64,000 nucleotides of DNA. Origin: Squalus acanthias (lineage: Eukaryota). Of this stretch, positions 37,326 to 49,449 are shown in pieces (within the stretch, counting starts at the first letter, position 1; the number at the start of each line of letters is the position of its first letter). The notes beneath the pieces are model-generated. The model ran no database searches. It worked only from the letters and a program-made list of their open reading frames with translations, and was not told the DNA's origin. The translations under genes and the position numbers were made by a program. The stretch spans positions 141,734,001-141,798,000 of the forward strand of contig CM059431.1 in NCBI GenBank assembly GCA_030390025.1, in the 5' to 3' direction.

Positions 37326-38156
37326 TGTTGAAAGTATATACAGACCCTTAATTTTTCATGAATTGCTTTGCCAGGCAAAAAGCTTTTACAAAGTGAAATA
37401 AAGTTGGTAAATGTAACAAGCAAACTTTCACTGATAAGGCAGGAAACATGGTTGTTACTGCAGGGGTTAGTGATAATCAACAGAGATAAACAAACCCTCT
37501 CAGATTGTAGACATGATGTCTCTGGTGATCTTTCTGAGGTGAGAAGTTAAACCTTTGAAGCTTTGAATTGCAGACACGATTTAACTCATGAACCGAACCA
37601 AGTGGTTCTCTGTCACCTTTGTAAGTAAACTTTAGGAGTGAATGAACAATTTTGGGCTGTGCTAAGGACAAACTGAATAATAGCCACACACGATCTGTGA
37701 GTGTAAACGTTTGACAGCTCAAACATCTCAGACCAACATTAAAGGAAGATTTCACTATCTCTGAATGAATGATTTAATGCAAAATACAAGGAAAGCTGTA
37801 TAAAACACAGTCGCTAAAGAAAATCAGCACTGCAGTCAGAAGAAGGTGGCTTGGCCAGTCATCTTGCTTGTGAGGATCAAGCTGCATTCAGAGGAAGGAG
37901 GGGCCTGGTCAGTCTTTTCGTGTACGAGGACCTACAATCAACGCTGGACGGATCATCAGTGGGTGGTTGAATGAATGATTTCCTGTAATATTATTGGCGA
38001 ACTGCTCGAAAAGTGGTTGTGGTTTTGAATCTGTCTTAGGAACAATAAAAGGTTAAAGACAGAACCCGTGTGTCTGGTGTAATTTCTCATAAGTCTAAAG
38101 TCCGAACTCTATAACCTGTTGGACGGGGCGAGGGATAATTCCGCACGTCTTTCACA
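37326..38156 (+). mobile_element. Solo LTR-like element (~830 bp)
   Basis: Starts TGTTGAAAG, ends CTTTCACA (TG...CA with short inverted ends). TATA-like gtataaaa at about 37798, AATAAA at about 38044. Interrupts CR1 sequence ctcaatcaa|gttag; TSD not cleanly readable. Confidence 0.7.
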
Positions 38157-38551
38157 AGTTAGTTATATTCGATTTGCCTTTGACAAATCCGTGCTGGCTT
38201 CCCTTAATTAATCCACACTTGTCCAAGTGACTGCTGCTTATGTCCCGGATTATCGTTTCTAAAAGCTTCCCCACTATCGGGGTTAAACTGGCTGGTCTGT
38301 AGTTGCTGGGTTTATCCTTACAACCTTTTTTTGAACCAGGGTGTAACATTTGCAATTCTCCTTTCCTCTGGCATCACACCGGATCTAAAGAGGATTGGAA
38401 GATTATGGCCAGTACCTCCGCAATTTCTACCATTACCTCCCTCAGTATCCTAGGATGCATCCCATCCAGTCCTGGTGATTGTCTACTTTAAGTACTGCCA
38501 GCCATTCTACTACCTCCTCTTTATCAATTTTTATCCCATCTAGTATCTCAT

Positions 38552-39932
38552 CTGGTAATTATAGGCCGGTTAGTCTTACTTCGGTGGTTGGTAAGATAAT
38601 GGAAAAGGTCCTGAGGGATAGGATTTATGACCATTTGGAAAGGGGCAACTTAATCAGGGATAGTCAACACGGATTCGTGAAGGGTAAGTCTTGCCTAACA
38701 AATTTGATTGAATTCTTTGAGGAGGTAACTAAGTGTGTAGATGAAGGTAGAGCAGTTGATGTCGTATACATGGATTTTAGTAAGGCGTTTGATAAGGTTC
38801 CCCATGGTCGTCTCATGAAGAAAGTAAGGAGTTGTGGGATAGAGGGAAATTTGGCCGATTGGATAAGTAACTGGCTATCTCATAGAAGGCAGAGGGTGGT
38901 GGTGGATGGAACATTTTCGGACTGGAGACCAGTTACCAGCGGTGTGCCACAGGGGTCGGTGCTGGGTCCTCTGCTGTTTGTGATTTTTATCAATGACTTG
39001 GAGGAGGGGACTGAAGGGTGGATCAGTAAATTTGCTGATGACACCAAGATTGGTGGAGTAGTGGATGAGGTGGAGGGCAGTTGTAGGCTGCAAAGAGACA
39101 TTGATAGGATGCAGAGCTGGGCCGAAAAATGGCAGATGGAATTTAACCCTGATAAGTGCGAGGTGATTCATTTTGGTAGGGCAAATTTGAATAAGGATTA
39201 CAGGGTCAACGGCAGGGTTCTGAGGAACGTGGAGGAGCAGAGGGATCTGGGGGTTCATATCCACAGATCTCTGAAGGTTGCCACTCAAGTGGACAGAGCA
39301 GTAAAGAAGGCCTATGGTGTGTTGGCGTTTATTAACAGAGGGTTTGAGTTTAAGAACCGTGAGGTTATGCTGCAACTGTACAGGACCTTGGTGAGACCAC
39401 ATTTGGAATATTGTGTGCAGTTCTGGTCACCTCACTATAGGAAGGACGTGGAAGCATTGGAAAGAGTGCAAAGGAGATTTACCAGGATGCTGCCTGGTTT
39501 GGGGGGGAGGTCTTATGAGGAAAGATTGAGGGAGTTGGGGCTTTTCTCTTTAGAGCGGAGGAGGATGAGAGGCGACTTAATAGAGGTTTATAAGATGATG
39601 AGGGGGATAGATAGAGTGGATGTTCAGAGACTATTTCCTCGGGTAGAGGCAGCTGTTACAAGGGGGCATAGCTATAAGGTGCATGGGGGGAGATATAGAA
39701 GGGATGTCCGAGGTAGATTCTTTACTCAGAGAGTGGTTGGGGTGTGGAATGGACTGCCTGCTGTGATACTGGAGTCGGACACTTTAGGAACTTTCAAGCG
39801 GTTATTGGATAAGCACATGGAGCACACCAGAGTGACAGGGAGTGTGATAGCTTGATCTTGGTCTCGGACAATGCTCGGCACAACATCGAGGGCTGAAGGG
39901 CCTGTACTGTGCTGTACTGTTCTATGTTCTAT
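38552..39932 (+). mobile_element. Young 5'-truncated CR1 LINE with uninterrupted RT ORF
   Basis: Open frame GNYRPVSLTS...MDFSKAFDKV...[10 protein letters not shown]...FADDTK to stop at 39855; 3' tail (gttctat)n; inserted antisense in the older CR1. Confidence 0.95.
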
Positions 39933-40249
39933 CTACCTCCTCTTTCACTATGACTTTGGCAGCATTTCTTCCTTGGTAAAGACAGATGCAAAGTGTTCAT
40001 TTAGCATCTCAGCCAGGCCCTCTGCCTCCATGTGTAGGTCCCCATTTTGGTCCCAAATTGGCCCCACCCCTCTTCTTACTACCCTTTTATTATTTATATG
40101 CCAATATAACACTTTTGGATTCCATTTTTTGTTAGCTGTCAGTCTATTCTCATACTCCCTTTGCCCCTCTTATTTGCTTTTTCACATCCCCTCTGAATTT
40201 TCTATATTCTCGTTATACGCAGCACCTGATATTCCGTTCTATTGCTGTC

Positions 40250-40950
40250 AATGGAACTGATCATCAGGCACTTCGTATCCCCCTCCCTGGCCAGTGTCTC
40301 AGGTTGAAACGGACTGTTGTCCATCTCGCTGTCCTGTTTGACCCTGAGCTGAGCTCTGACCCCAGATCCTGTCCAACACAAAGACTGTGTCACATCGATC
40401 AGCTCCGCACCATCTGGCACAAAATCCTCACTCATATCTTTGTCTCCTCCAGACATGTCTAGGCCAATACTCTCCTGAACTGCCTCACATCTTCTACTCT
40501 CCATAAACATGAGCTCATCCAAAACACTGCTGCCTGTAACCTAACTCGCACTAAGTCCGAATCGCAGCTCAAACCTGCGCCCGCTGATCTACGCTGGCTC
40601 CTGGTCCAGAAACGTCTCGATTTGACAATTCTCCATCATTGCCTCGCCTCTCCCTATCTCTGTAAACTCCCCCAGCTCTACAAGTCATACAATGTGTAGT
40701 AACTGCCTTACAAGAGCAGAGATGGCGAGGTTTGTTTTTTAATATCTCCGAGAAATCTACGTTGCTCCTACTCCGGTCTCATGTGAATCGCCCACATTTT
40801 TCAGCCCTCCATTTGTGGCCGTGCCTTCAGCTGTCCAGTCCAGTCCTGAAACTCTGGCATTAAATCCCTAAAGATCTCCATCTCTCTCCTCCTTTAAGAT
40901 GCTTCTTAAAGCCTACCGGTTTGACCAAGGTTTGTTCATCTGTCCTAAAT
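40250..40950 (+). mobile_element. Decayed L2 fragment
   Basis: Homologous to 19020-19680 (tgaccctgagctgagct, gagctcatccaaaac, cttcttaaa.cctacc). Confidence 0.65.
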
Positions 40951-41351
40951 TGTGCCCTGGATTTTGCAGCCAGCAGTGAATTAACAGCGCTCGCTGTTCA
41001 TTACACTACCTCTTGCCCACAGATTTTCTCCGGGTTTTGCTCAGGAATTTTGGTGAATAGAAATCCAAAACAGCGCGGCGCCCTCTACAGGGGATCTGGG
41101 TCCCGGGTGAACAGGTCAAGCAACTGTGCATCTCCTCAACCAATCAGATTAGAGAATCCTTACTGAGAAACTCAGCGTCTGAACCAGGAAGTGTAAATTA
41201 GAATAGTTAACTCAGAGACAAATCATGCACAGAGAGCGAAATGAAGAGAGAAAAGAAAGATGTGATTAAGAGAGTGAGAGATACAAGAGACAAAAGGAAA
41301 AGTTAAAAAATATTTATTTATATATTTATTTTTTGATTTTCAACAATATTT

Positions 41352-42510
41352 TTTTTCATTCTTCGGATGTGGGCGTCGCTGTCAAGGCTAGAATTTAATG
41401 CCTATTGCTAATGGTCCTTGAGAAGGTCGTGGTGAGCCACCTTCTTGAACCACTGCAGTCCGTTTGGTGAAAGCACTCCCATAGTGCTGTTAGGAAGGGA
41501 GTTCCATGATTTTGTCCCAGCAACGATGAAGGAACGGTGATATATTTCAAAGTCAGGATCATATGTGACTTGGACGGAAACTTGGAGATGATGGTGTTCC
41601 CATGCATCTGCTGCCCTTATCCTTCTTGGTGGTAGAGTTTCTAGGTTTGGGAGATGATGTCGAAGAAGCCTTGGCAATTTGCTGCAGAGCACCTTGTAGA
41701 TGGTGCACACTTTAGCCACCGTACACTGGTGAAAGTTTAAGGTGGTGGATGGTGTGCCTATCAAGCGAGCTGATTTCTCTTGGATGGCATCGAGCTTCGT
41801 GAGTGTTGTTGGAGGGGAACCCATCCGGGCAAGTGAAGAGTATCCCATCACACTCCTTACTTGTGCCTTCTAGATAGATGGTGGAAAGGCATTGAGGAAT
41901 CAGGAGGTGAGACACACGCCACAGAATAACCAGCCTCTGACCTGCTCTTGTAGCCACAGTAACTATGTGGCTGATCCAGTTTAGTTTCTGATCAATGGTG
42001 ACCCCCAGGATATTGATGGTGTGGGATTCGGTGATGGTAATCACGTTTAATTTCAAGGGGCTGTGGTTAGACACTCTATTGTTGGAGATAGTCAGTGCCT
42101 GGCACTTGTGTGGCGTGAATGATACTTGTCACTTATGTCGTCCAAGTATTTCTGCATGTGGACATGGACTGCTTCAATATCTGAGGATTTACGAGTGGAA
42201 CTGAACACTGTGCGTTCATCAGTGATCATCCACACTTGTGACCTTATGATGAAGGGAAGGTCATTGATGAAGCTGCTGAAGATGATTGGGCCTAAGACAT
42301 TGCCCTGAGGACCTCTTGCAGCGATGTCCTGGGGCTGAAATGATTGGCCTCCAACAGCCACAAACACTTTCCTTTGTGCTAGGTATGACTGCAGCAAGTG
42401 GAGAGTTTTACCCTGATTCCCAGTTACTTCAATTTTACTAGTGCTCCTTGATGCCCCACTCGAGCTTATGCTGTCTTGATGTCAAGCGCAGTCACTCTCA
42501 CCTCACCTCA
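41352..42510 (-). mobile_element. LINE of the CR1/L2 group (distinct family), RT C-terminus and 3' end
   Basis: PQG.VLGPIIFSSFINDLP; ILGVTIDQKLNW.SHI; KLDAIQEKSARLIG. The same 3' end recurs inside the 53-58 kb array units. Confidence 0.8.
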
Positions 42511-43194
42511 CCTCAGAAAAATTGCCATTTGCGCGAGGGAATTCCAAATTTCTACCACCCGTTGCATGTCAAATGTTTTCCTAACTTCACTCCTAGCTCT
42601 ATTTTTTACGCTCTGTCCACTAGTACTAGACTTTTCAACCATCGAAAATTGTTTCTTTCTATCTGCCTTATTAGTTTGTCTTAATATCTCCAAACCTAAT
42701 AAATCCTTCCTAAGGTGCCCAGAACTGAAACCAGTCCTCCAGCTGTGATCTAACCAGGGCTTTCTATCACTGGAGAATAAGTAGCACACGCCTATATTGT
42801 AATCCTCTAGATGTAAACCCCAGCTTTGCATTAGCCTTGTTGATTGTTTCCGTACCTGCCCATGATATTTTAATGATTTTTTTATTCATTGGACGTGTGG
42901 ACATCGCCAGCAAGGCCAGCATTTAGTGGTGGTCGTGAGCCGCATTCTTGAATACAACTGAGTGGCTTCCTAGGCCATGTCAGAGGGCAGTTAAGAGTTA
43001 ACCACATTGCTGTGGGTCTGGAATCACATATAGACCAGAACGATAGATTGGCTTCTATTAGTGAACCAGATACATTTTTGCGACAATGTGGTAGTTTTGC
43101 CATTACTGATTTATTATTTAATTGACATTTATATTTATATTTAATGGCAATTTATATTTATATACATATATATATATATTTAAATAATTAATAG

Positions 43195-43840
43195 TCTGCA
43201 CACACTCGGAGGTCGATCGCCAAACCCTCGTCAACACCTTCACCGAAGCGTACGAGAGCATGGGCCTTACACTAAACATCCGTAAGACAAGATCCTCTAC
43301 CAGCCTGCCCCGGCCACACAGTACTGCTCCACGATTATCAAAATCCATGACGAGGCCTTGGACAACGTGGAACACTTTGCATACCTCGGGAGCCTACTGT
43401 CAACAAGAGCAGACGTCGATGACGAATTCCAACACCGCCTTCAGTGTGCCAGTGCAGCCTTCGGTCGCCTGAGGAAGAGAGTGTTTGAAGATCGGGACCT
43501 CAAACCCAGCACCAAGCTCATGGTCTACAGAGCAGTAATGATAACCGCCCTCCTGTATGCCTGAGAGACATGGACCATGTACAGCAGGCACCTCAAAGCA
43601 CTGGAGAGGTACCACCAACGCTGCCTCCACAAGATTCTGAAAATCCATTGGCAGGACAGGTGCACCAACGTCAGTGTTCTCGCTCAGGCCAACATCCCCA
43701 GCATCGAAGATTCAACCACCGTCTGCCCCACCTGCTACAGCGACTGTAGGTCCTGCATTGGACTCATCAGTCACCTGAGAACTAATTTTTAGTGTGGAAG
43801 CAAGTCATCCTCGGTTCCGAGGGACGGCCTAAGAAGAAGA
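43195..43840 (+). mobile_element. RTE (BovB-like) LINE 3' fragment
   Basis: GLTLNIRKT; VEHFAYLGS...HRLQCASAAFGRLRKRVF...STKLMVYRAV; HQRCLHKILKIHWQD; tail aagaagaag. Confidence 0.88.
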
Positions 43841-43854
43841 ATTTAATTGAATTT

Positions 43855-43942
43855 ACGTTCCCGAGCTGCCGTGGGGGGGATTTGAACCCATCTCTCGGGA
43901 TGACCTACTAGTCGAATAACATAACCACTATGCTACTGTACC
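43855..43942 (-). mobile_element. tRNA-derived SINE head (body probably at about 42880-43130, split by the RTE insertion)
   Basis: Minus strand ggtacagTAGCATAGTGGtta...gGGTTCAAATCCcc: Pol III A and B boxes without a complete cloverleaf. Confidence 0.6.
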
Positions 43943-44434
43943 CATATGTACCCGGAACCCTAAGTCTTTTTGGAACTCCACTTTTTCTAGCCTTTCACCA
44001 TGTAGAACGTATTCTGATCTATCCTTTTTGTTCCGAAGTGGCTGACCTCACATTTGCCAAAGCTAAATCCAGTTGCCACAATTTTGCTCATTCTCAATCT
44101 ATTAATATCTCTACGTAATTTTGTGCTTCCATCAACACTGCTTACAATGCCGCCTATCTGTTTCTTCATCCAACTTGGATATGTGGCTCTCAATTTAATC
44201 ACCTAAGTCGATAATAAATACGGTGAATAGGTGAGGCCCCAACACAGAACCCTCAGGACACCCCTAGTCATATTCTTAAAAATGAAGTACCTGCCCATTA
44301 CCCTTATACTGTGTTTCCTGTCGCTCAACCCATTTCCTAACCAGGACAATAATTTGCCTTCACTTCCATCGAGCTTCAACTTTACCCTACATTCCCTAAT
44401 GAATGAATTTATCGAATGCATTTTTGCTCATGTC

Positions 44435-45790
44435 TTCTAGTTTTTAATGATTTGTGAACTGGGACTCACAAACCTCTTTGCTCCTCAAGTTAATAGCTTC
44501 CCATCATTTAGAAAATACTCCGAGTTATCTTACTTGGTTCCAAAGTGGCTGAATATTTGTACAATGAACTCGATTTACCATAATTTTGCCCACTCACTTC
44601 AACTGTCTCTGTCGCTTACTACTACAGTGCCTCCGAACTTAGTGCGAACTTGGAGCTGCCGCACTCTGTTGCTCCGTCCAAGTCATTCATAAATATGGTG
44701 AAAAGATCACGATCCAATACAGATATCTGGGGAACCGCACTTCTCACATCTGTCGCTGCTGCTAAAGAGCGTGTCGCTGGTCCGAGAGAGAATATTCCTC
44801 AAGTGAAGCCTGTGGGAGGCAGTCAGTCTGGGTGTGTGAGAGAAATGCGCTGTACAGGCGGGATTACTGGAGAAGGAAATGCAAAATGAAGAGGTTGTAT
44901 TGATGCAGGTCAGCCAGTAAAGGTCGTTGTGTGAACTTTAGCCAAACTGATTGATACAATTCCAAACTTTGCATGGAAACCTGATGTATTTCTTAAAACC
45001 TCCAGCTGTCCGAAAATCCACAGCCTCTTTGAGAACAGGGTTCCAGATTTCTAATACAAAAGCACAATACTGCGGATGCTGGAAATCTGAAATAAAAACA
45101 GAAAATGCTGGAAATGCTCAGCAGGCCAGGCAGTATCTGAATGCAGTAATTCTGATGGCAGTGAACAAGGGTCCATACAACTGACACACAACCTCCTCCT
45201 CCATGTCCAGCCCCCTTGAGATAAAGGGCAGGTTTACATTAAACATTTGACTGATGTCTGTACATGTCTACTAGTGTTTAATGATTTGGGAACTGGGACT
45301 CACAAACTTCTTTTCTCCCCAATCATTTAGAAAATACACCAATGATATTACTTGGTTCCAAATTGGATGAGGTCACACTTGCACACCATGAATTCAAGTT
45401 GTCTTGATTTCCCCACTCACTTCATCTGTCTCTGTCCCTTTGGTTATGTCCCGCACCCATTTGCACTATTATCGTGCTTCCTAACTTACTGCGATCTTCA
45501 AACATGGATCTATAACACTCTGTTGCTCCGTCCATGTCAGTAATCAACATGGTGAAAAGTTGAAGATCCAATACAAATATCTGGGGATCAGCACTCCTCA
45601 CATCTTACGACGCTGTTAAAGAGCGTGTCGTTTGTGGGAGGGAGAATATTCCTCAAGTGAGGCCAGTGTGAGGCAGTCAGTCTGTGTGAGTGAGAAAAAT
45701 GCACTGTACAGGCGGGATCACTGGAGAAGCAAATGGAAAAAGTACAGGGTGTAATGATACACGTCAGCCAGTGAAGGTGGCTTTGCGAGC
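44435..45790. repeat. Diverged direct duplication (about 44435-44935 vs 45270-45790)
   Basis: Shared blocks gaactgggactcacaaac, agagcgtgtcg, gagaatattcctcaagtga, ctgtacaggcgggat, gtcagccagt at an offset of about 835-850 bp. Confidence 0.85.
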
Positions 45791-45802
45791 CTGAGATCCA
45801 GA

Positions 45803-45876
45803 GCGTGGACTGCTCAGTCAGTAGAGCATCAGACTTTATAATCTGAAGGTCCTTGGTTCAAGTCCCTGGTCAGGTG
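45803..45876 (+). pseudogene. tRNA-Lys(TTT)-derived pseudogene
   Basis: GCGTGGA CT GCTCAGTCAGTAGAGC A TCAGA CTTTATAA TCTGA AGGTC CTTGG TTCAAGT CCCTG GTCAGGT G aligns end to end with vertebrate tRNA-Lys(UUU). D and anticodon stems intact; acceptor and T stems mismatched; anticodon loop 8 nt. Confidence 0.85.
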
Positions 45877-46380
45877 TTCATTTATATCACGATTCTAATC
45901 TCCAGATTCGTGCAGTGACAGAAAATAGGAACAGGAGTTGGTCATTTAGCCCCTCGAGCCTGTTCTGCCATTCATTGAGATCATAGCTGAACTGTGACCG
46001 AGCTCAATATAACAGCCTATGCCATCAGAATTCTTTTAGTTAATAAAAGTTCATCAACTTCAGATTTTAAATTAACAATTGACCTAGCATCAACTGCCGT
46101 TTGTGGAAGAGAGTTCCAAATGGCTACCACCCTTTGCATATAGAAGTGTTCCCCAAACCTAGACTCCCAAACCATCGGAAATGTTTCTCGCTATCTACCC
46201 TACCAGTTCACTTTAATATCTGGAAAACTTCGTTTAAATCACCCCATATCCTTCCATATTCCAGACATCCAGCCCTAGTTTGTGTAATCTCTCCTCGTAA
46301 TATAACCCTTGGAGTCTATATATAATTTTGGTAAACCTACGCTGCACTTCCTCCAAGGCCAACACATCCTTCTTAAAGAA

Positions 46381-48512
46381 ACATAGAATCATAGAAGATA
46401 GGAGCAGGAGTAGGCCATTCGGCCCCTCGAGCCTGCTCCGCCATTCGATGAGATCATGGCTGATCATCCAAACTCAGTACCCTGTCCCTGCCTTCTACCC
46501 ATATCCCTTGTAGCATTTAGCCTTAAGAAATATATCTAACTCCTTCTTGAATATATTTACTGACTTGGCCTCAACTGCCTTCTGTGGTAGAGAATTCCAC
46601 AGGTTCACCACTCTCTGGGTGAAGAAATTCCTCCTCATCTCTGTCCTAAATGGCTTACCCCTGATCTTTAGACTGTGACCTCTTGTTCTGGTCTCCCCCG
46701 CCATCGGGAACATCCTTCCTGCATCCAGTCTGTCTAGCCGTGTTAGAATTTTATAAGTTTCAATGAGATCTCCTCTCATTCTTCTAAACTCCAGCGAGTA
46801 TAAGCCCAATCGACCCAATCTCTCCTCATACGTCATTCCTGCCATCCCAGGTATCAGTCTGGTGAATCTTCGCTGCACACCCTCCATGGCAAGAACATCC
46901 TTCCTCAGATAAGGCGACCAAGACGGCACACAATACTCAAGGTGTGGTCTCACCAAGGCCCTGTACAACTGCAGCAAGACATCCTTGTTCCTGTACTCAA
47001 ACCCTCTCGCTACGAAGGCCGACATATCATTTGTCTTCTTAACCGCCTGCTGTACCTGCATGCTTACATTCAGCGACTAGTGCACAAGGACACCTAGGTC
47101 TCGATGCACTTCCCCTTCTCCCAATCTATTGCCGTTCAGATAATAATCTGCATTTCTGTTTTTGCCACCAAAGTGGATAACCTCGCATTTATCCACATTA
47201 TACTGCATCTGCCATGCTTCTGCCCAATCACCCAACCATTCCAAATCATACTGGAGTTTCTCGGCATTCTCCTCGCAGCACACCCGCCCACCCAGCTTTG
47301 TGTCTTCTGCAAACTTGGAGATATTGGCCCAAAAATTAGTGAGTGAGCCTTCGTGCGAGGGTAAGGCCTTCCCACGATCTCTCACTGCGCGCTGGCTTTT
47401 TCAGTCCGAGCTCGCACGAACTTGATGTTCTGGACAGCAGCTGTGCAGGGCTTTCGTATCCCACAGGCGTAGTTAATTTGTGCGAGCTGTGGGATCACGT
47501 GACTCAGTTAGAGCCAATGGCAGCACACCATCTTTCATTCATAGCTTTCACAGCACGGCTGTGAAAGCTATGAATACTATACCCCCCCAAAAGAACAGCT
47601 AAACCTCAATTAAATTTTTAAAAAAACCATCACATTAATAAAATAAGTATAGTTAAATAAATTAACCATTTTAAACAAAAAATTAAATTTTTGAAAAAAT
47701 TTAAAATCTTTTAAAAAGTTATAAAAATAAACTTACCTGTCTTTAAAGTCTCTAAAAAAGATATACCTGTTAAAAAAAATTCAAAATAATACTTAATTAA
47801 GTACTTACCTTGTTAAAAGAGGGTCTTACACCTCCTTTCTTATGTCTAAAATCTTCCATGCTTACCTGCGCGTTCAAAGCACTAAGTGCACTGCGTGCGC
47901 GCAGCCTGTAGCGCGCACGCGGTTCACCTAGGAACCGCCCCCTTTTGAATTCACCAAGTGCCGGTTTTCAGCGCATGCGCAGTGCATTCAGAAAACCGGC
48001 AATTGGAGACAGAATACGCGAGAGTACACAGTGCGTACTCTCGCGTAGCGGCATTAATTTTTGGGCCATTACATCTAGTTCCCTCGTCTAGATCATTAAT
48101 ATATATTGTGAATAGCTGGGGTCCAAGGACCGATCCCTGCGGAACCCCACTAGTCACTGCCTGCCACTCGGAAAAAGACCCATTTATTCCAACACTTTGC
48201 TTCCTGTCTGCCAACCAGTTCTCTATCCAACACAGTACCTTTCCCCCAATACCATGTGCCTTAACTTTACACGCTAATCTCTTATGCGGGACCTTATCAA
48301 AAGCCTTCTGAATGTCCAAATACACCACATCCACTGGTTCTCCCTTATCTATTCTATCAGTTACATTCTCCAAAAATTCCAGTAGATTAGTCAAGCACGA
48401 TTTACCTTTTGTAAAGCCATGTTGACTTTGTCCAATCATGTCACTGTTTTCCAAGTGCTCTGCTATTACATCTTTTATAATAGACTCTAGCATTTTCCCC
48501 ACTAACGATATC
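46381..48512 (-). mobile_element. CR1 LINE 3' half interrupted by a MITE, nested in an older CR1 (45920-46380, 48513-48930)
   Basis: [20 protein letters not shown]...[23 protein letters not shown] | NISKFAEDTK...RPHLEYC...RNFFTQRVV. Confidence 0.9.
47326..48067. mobile_element. Non-autonomous DNA transposon (MITE), PIF/Harbinger-like
   Basis: 13-bp perfect TIRs GGCCCAAAAATTA...TAATTTTTGGGCC and 3-bp TSD ATT (47323-47325, 48068-48070). Removing it restores CR1 sequence ggagatattacatc. Confidence 0.9.
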
Positions 48513-49449
48513 AGGAGTGGTGCCCAGGACTGAACACAGTATTCCAGGTATGGTTTAACCAGGGCTTTGTATAAATGTTGCAAACCTTCTACCTCTTATA
48601 ATCTAGTCCCCTAGATATAAATCCCAGCATTCCATTAGCCTTTTTGATTATTTTCTGTACCTGTCCATGATATTTTAATGATCTATGTACACGGACCCGT
48701 AGGTTTCTTTGGACCTTCACTGTTTCTAGCTTTTCACCATTTAGAACATCCCCTGTTCTATCCTTTTTAGGTCCAAAGTCGATGATCTCACATTTGCCTA
48801 CGTTAAAATCCATGTGACGCAGTTTTGTCCAGTCACTTAATCTATTAATATGTCTTTGAAATGTTGTATTTCCATCAATATTGCTTACAATGCCACCTAT
48901 ATCGGCAAACTTGGATATCTGGTTTGGATATGCGGCTTGTTAAGAAGATGGAAACCCATGGAATGAAGTGGGAAGTAACGCTTGGCTACGAAATTGGCTC
49001 AGTGATAGGAAGCAAATGGTGGTCGTGGATGGATGTTTTTCAGACTGGGAGGTAGTTTGCCATGTTGCTCCCCAAGTGTCCTTATGGCGCTATTACTCTA
49101 TTCATTTTTTTTAATAAACAACCTAGGGAGCAGCATTACAAAGTTAGCAGATGATACGACACTTGGAAAAGTAGTAGATAATGATGAGGATAGTTATAGG
49201 CTTCAGGATGACAGAACAAGGATGGTGCGATGGGAAGAAGCATGGCAGAGAAGTGCGGATAAGTGTAAGTGATGCACTTTGGGAGGACTGAAATGGAAAG
49301 ACAGTGCGCTATAGATGTCACAAATTTTAAAAGTTTAAATGAACAGAGGAACATATATGTCCATAAAACAAATCCTTAAAGATGGCAGGGCAAATTGGTA
49401 AGTTGGTTAAAAAAACTTACACGGTTTTCTTGGGTTTTAAATAGAGGAA

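Larger units (their letters stand above)
36098..40210 (-). mobile_element. Older CR1 LINE split by a solo LTR (37326-38156) and a young CR1 (38552-39932)
   Basis: Collinear ORF2 pieces on the minus strand: KNFFTQRVV, PQLQYCVQF, WQMKFNAE.CEVIHFG, MDFQKAFD, NYRPASLT. Confidence 0.85.

Noticed and set aside
45803..45876. Functional suppressor tRNA
   Set aside because: Two mismatches each in the acceptor and T stems; no clean T4 terminator immediately downstream.
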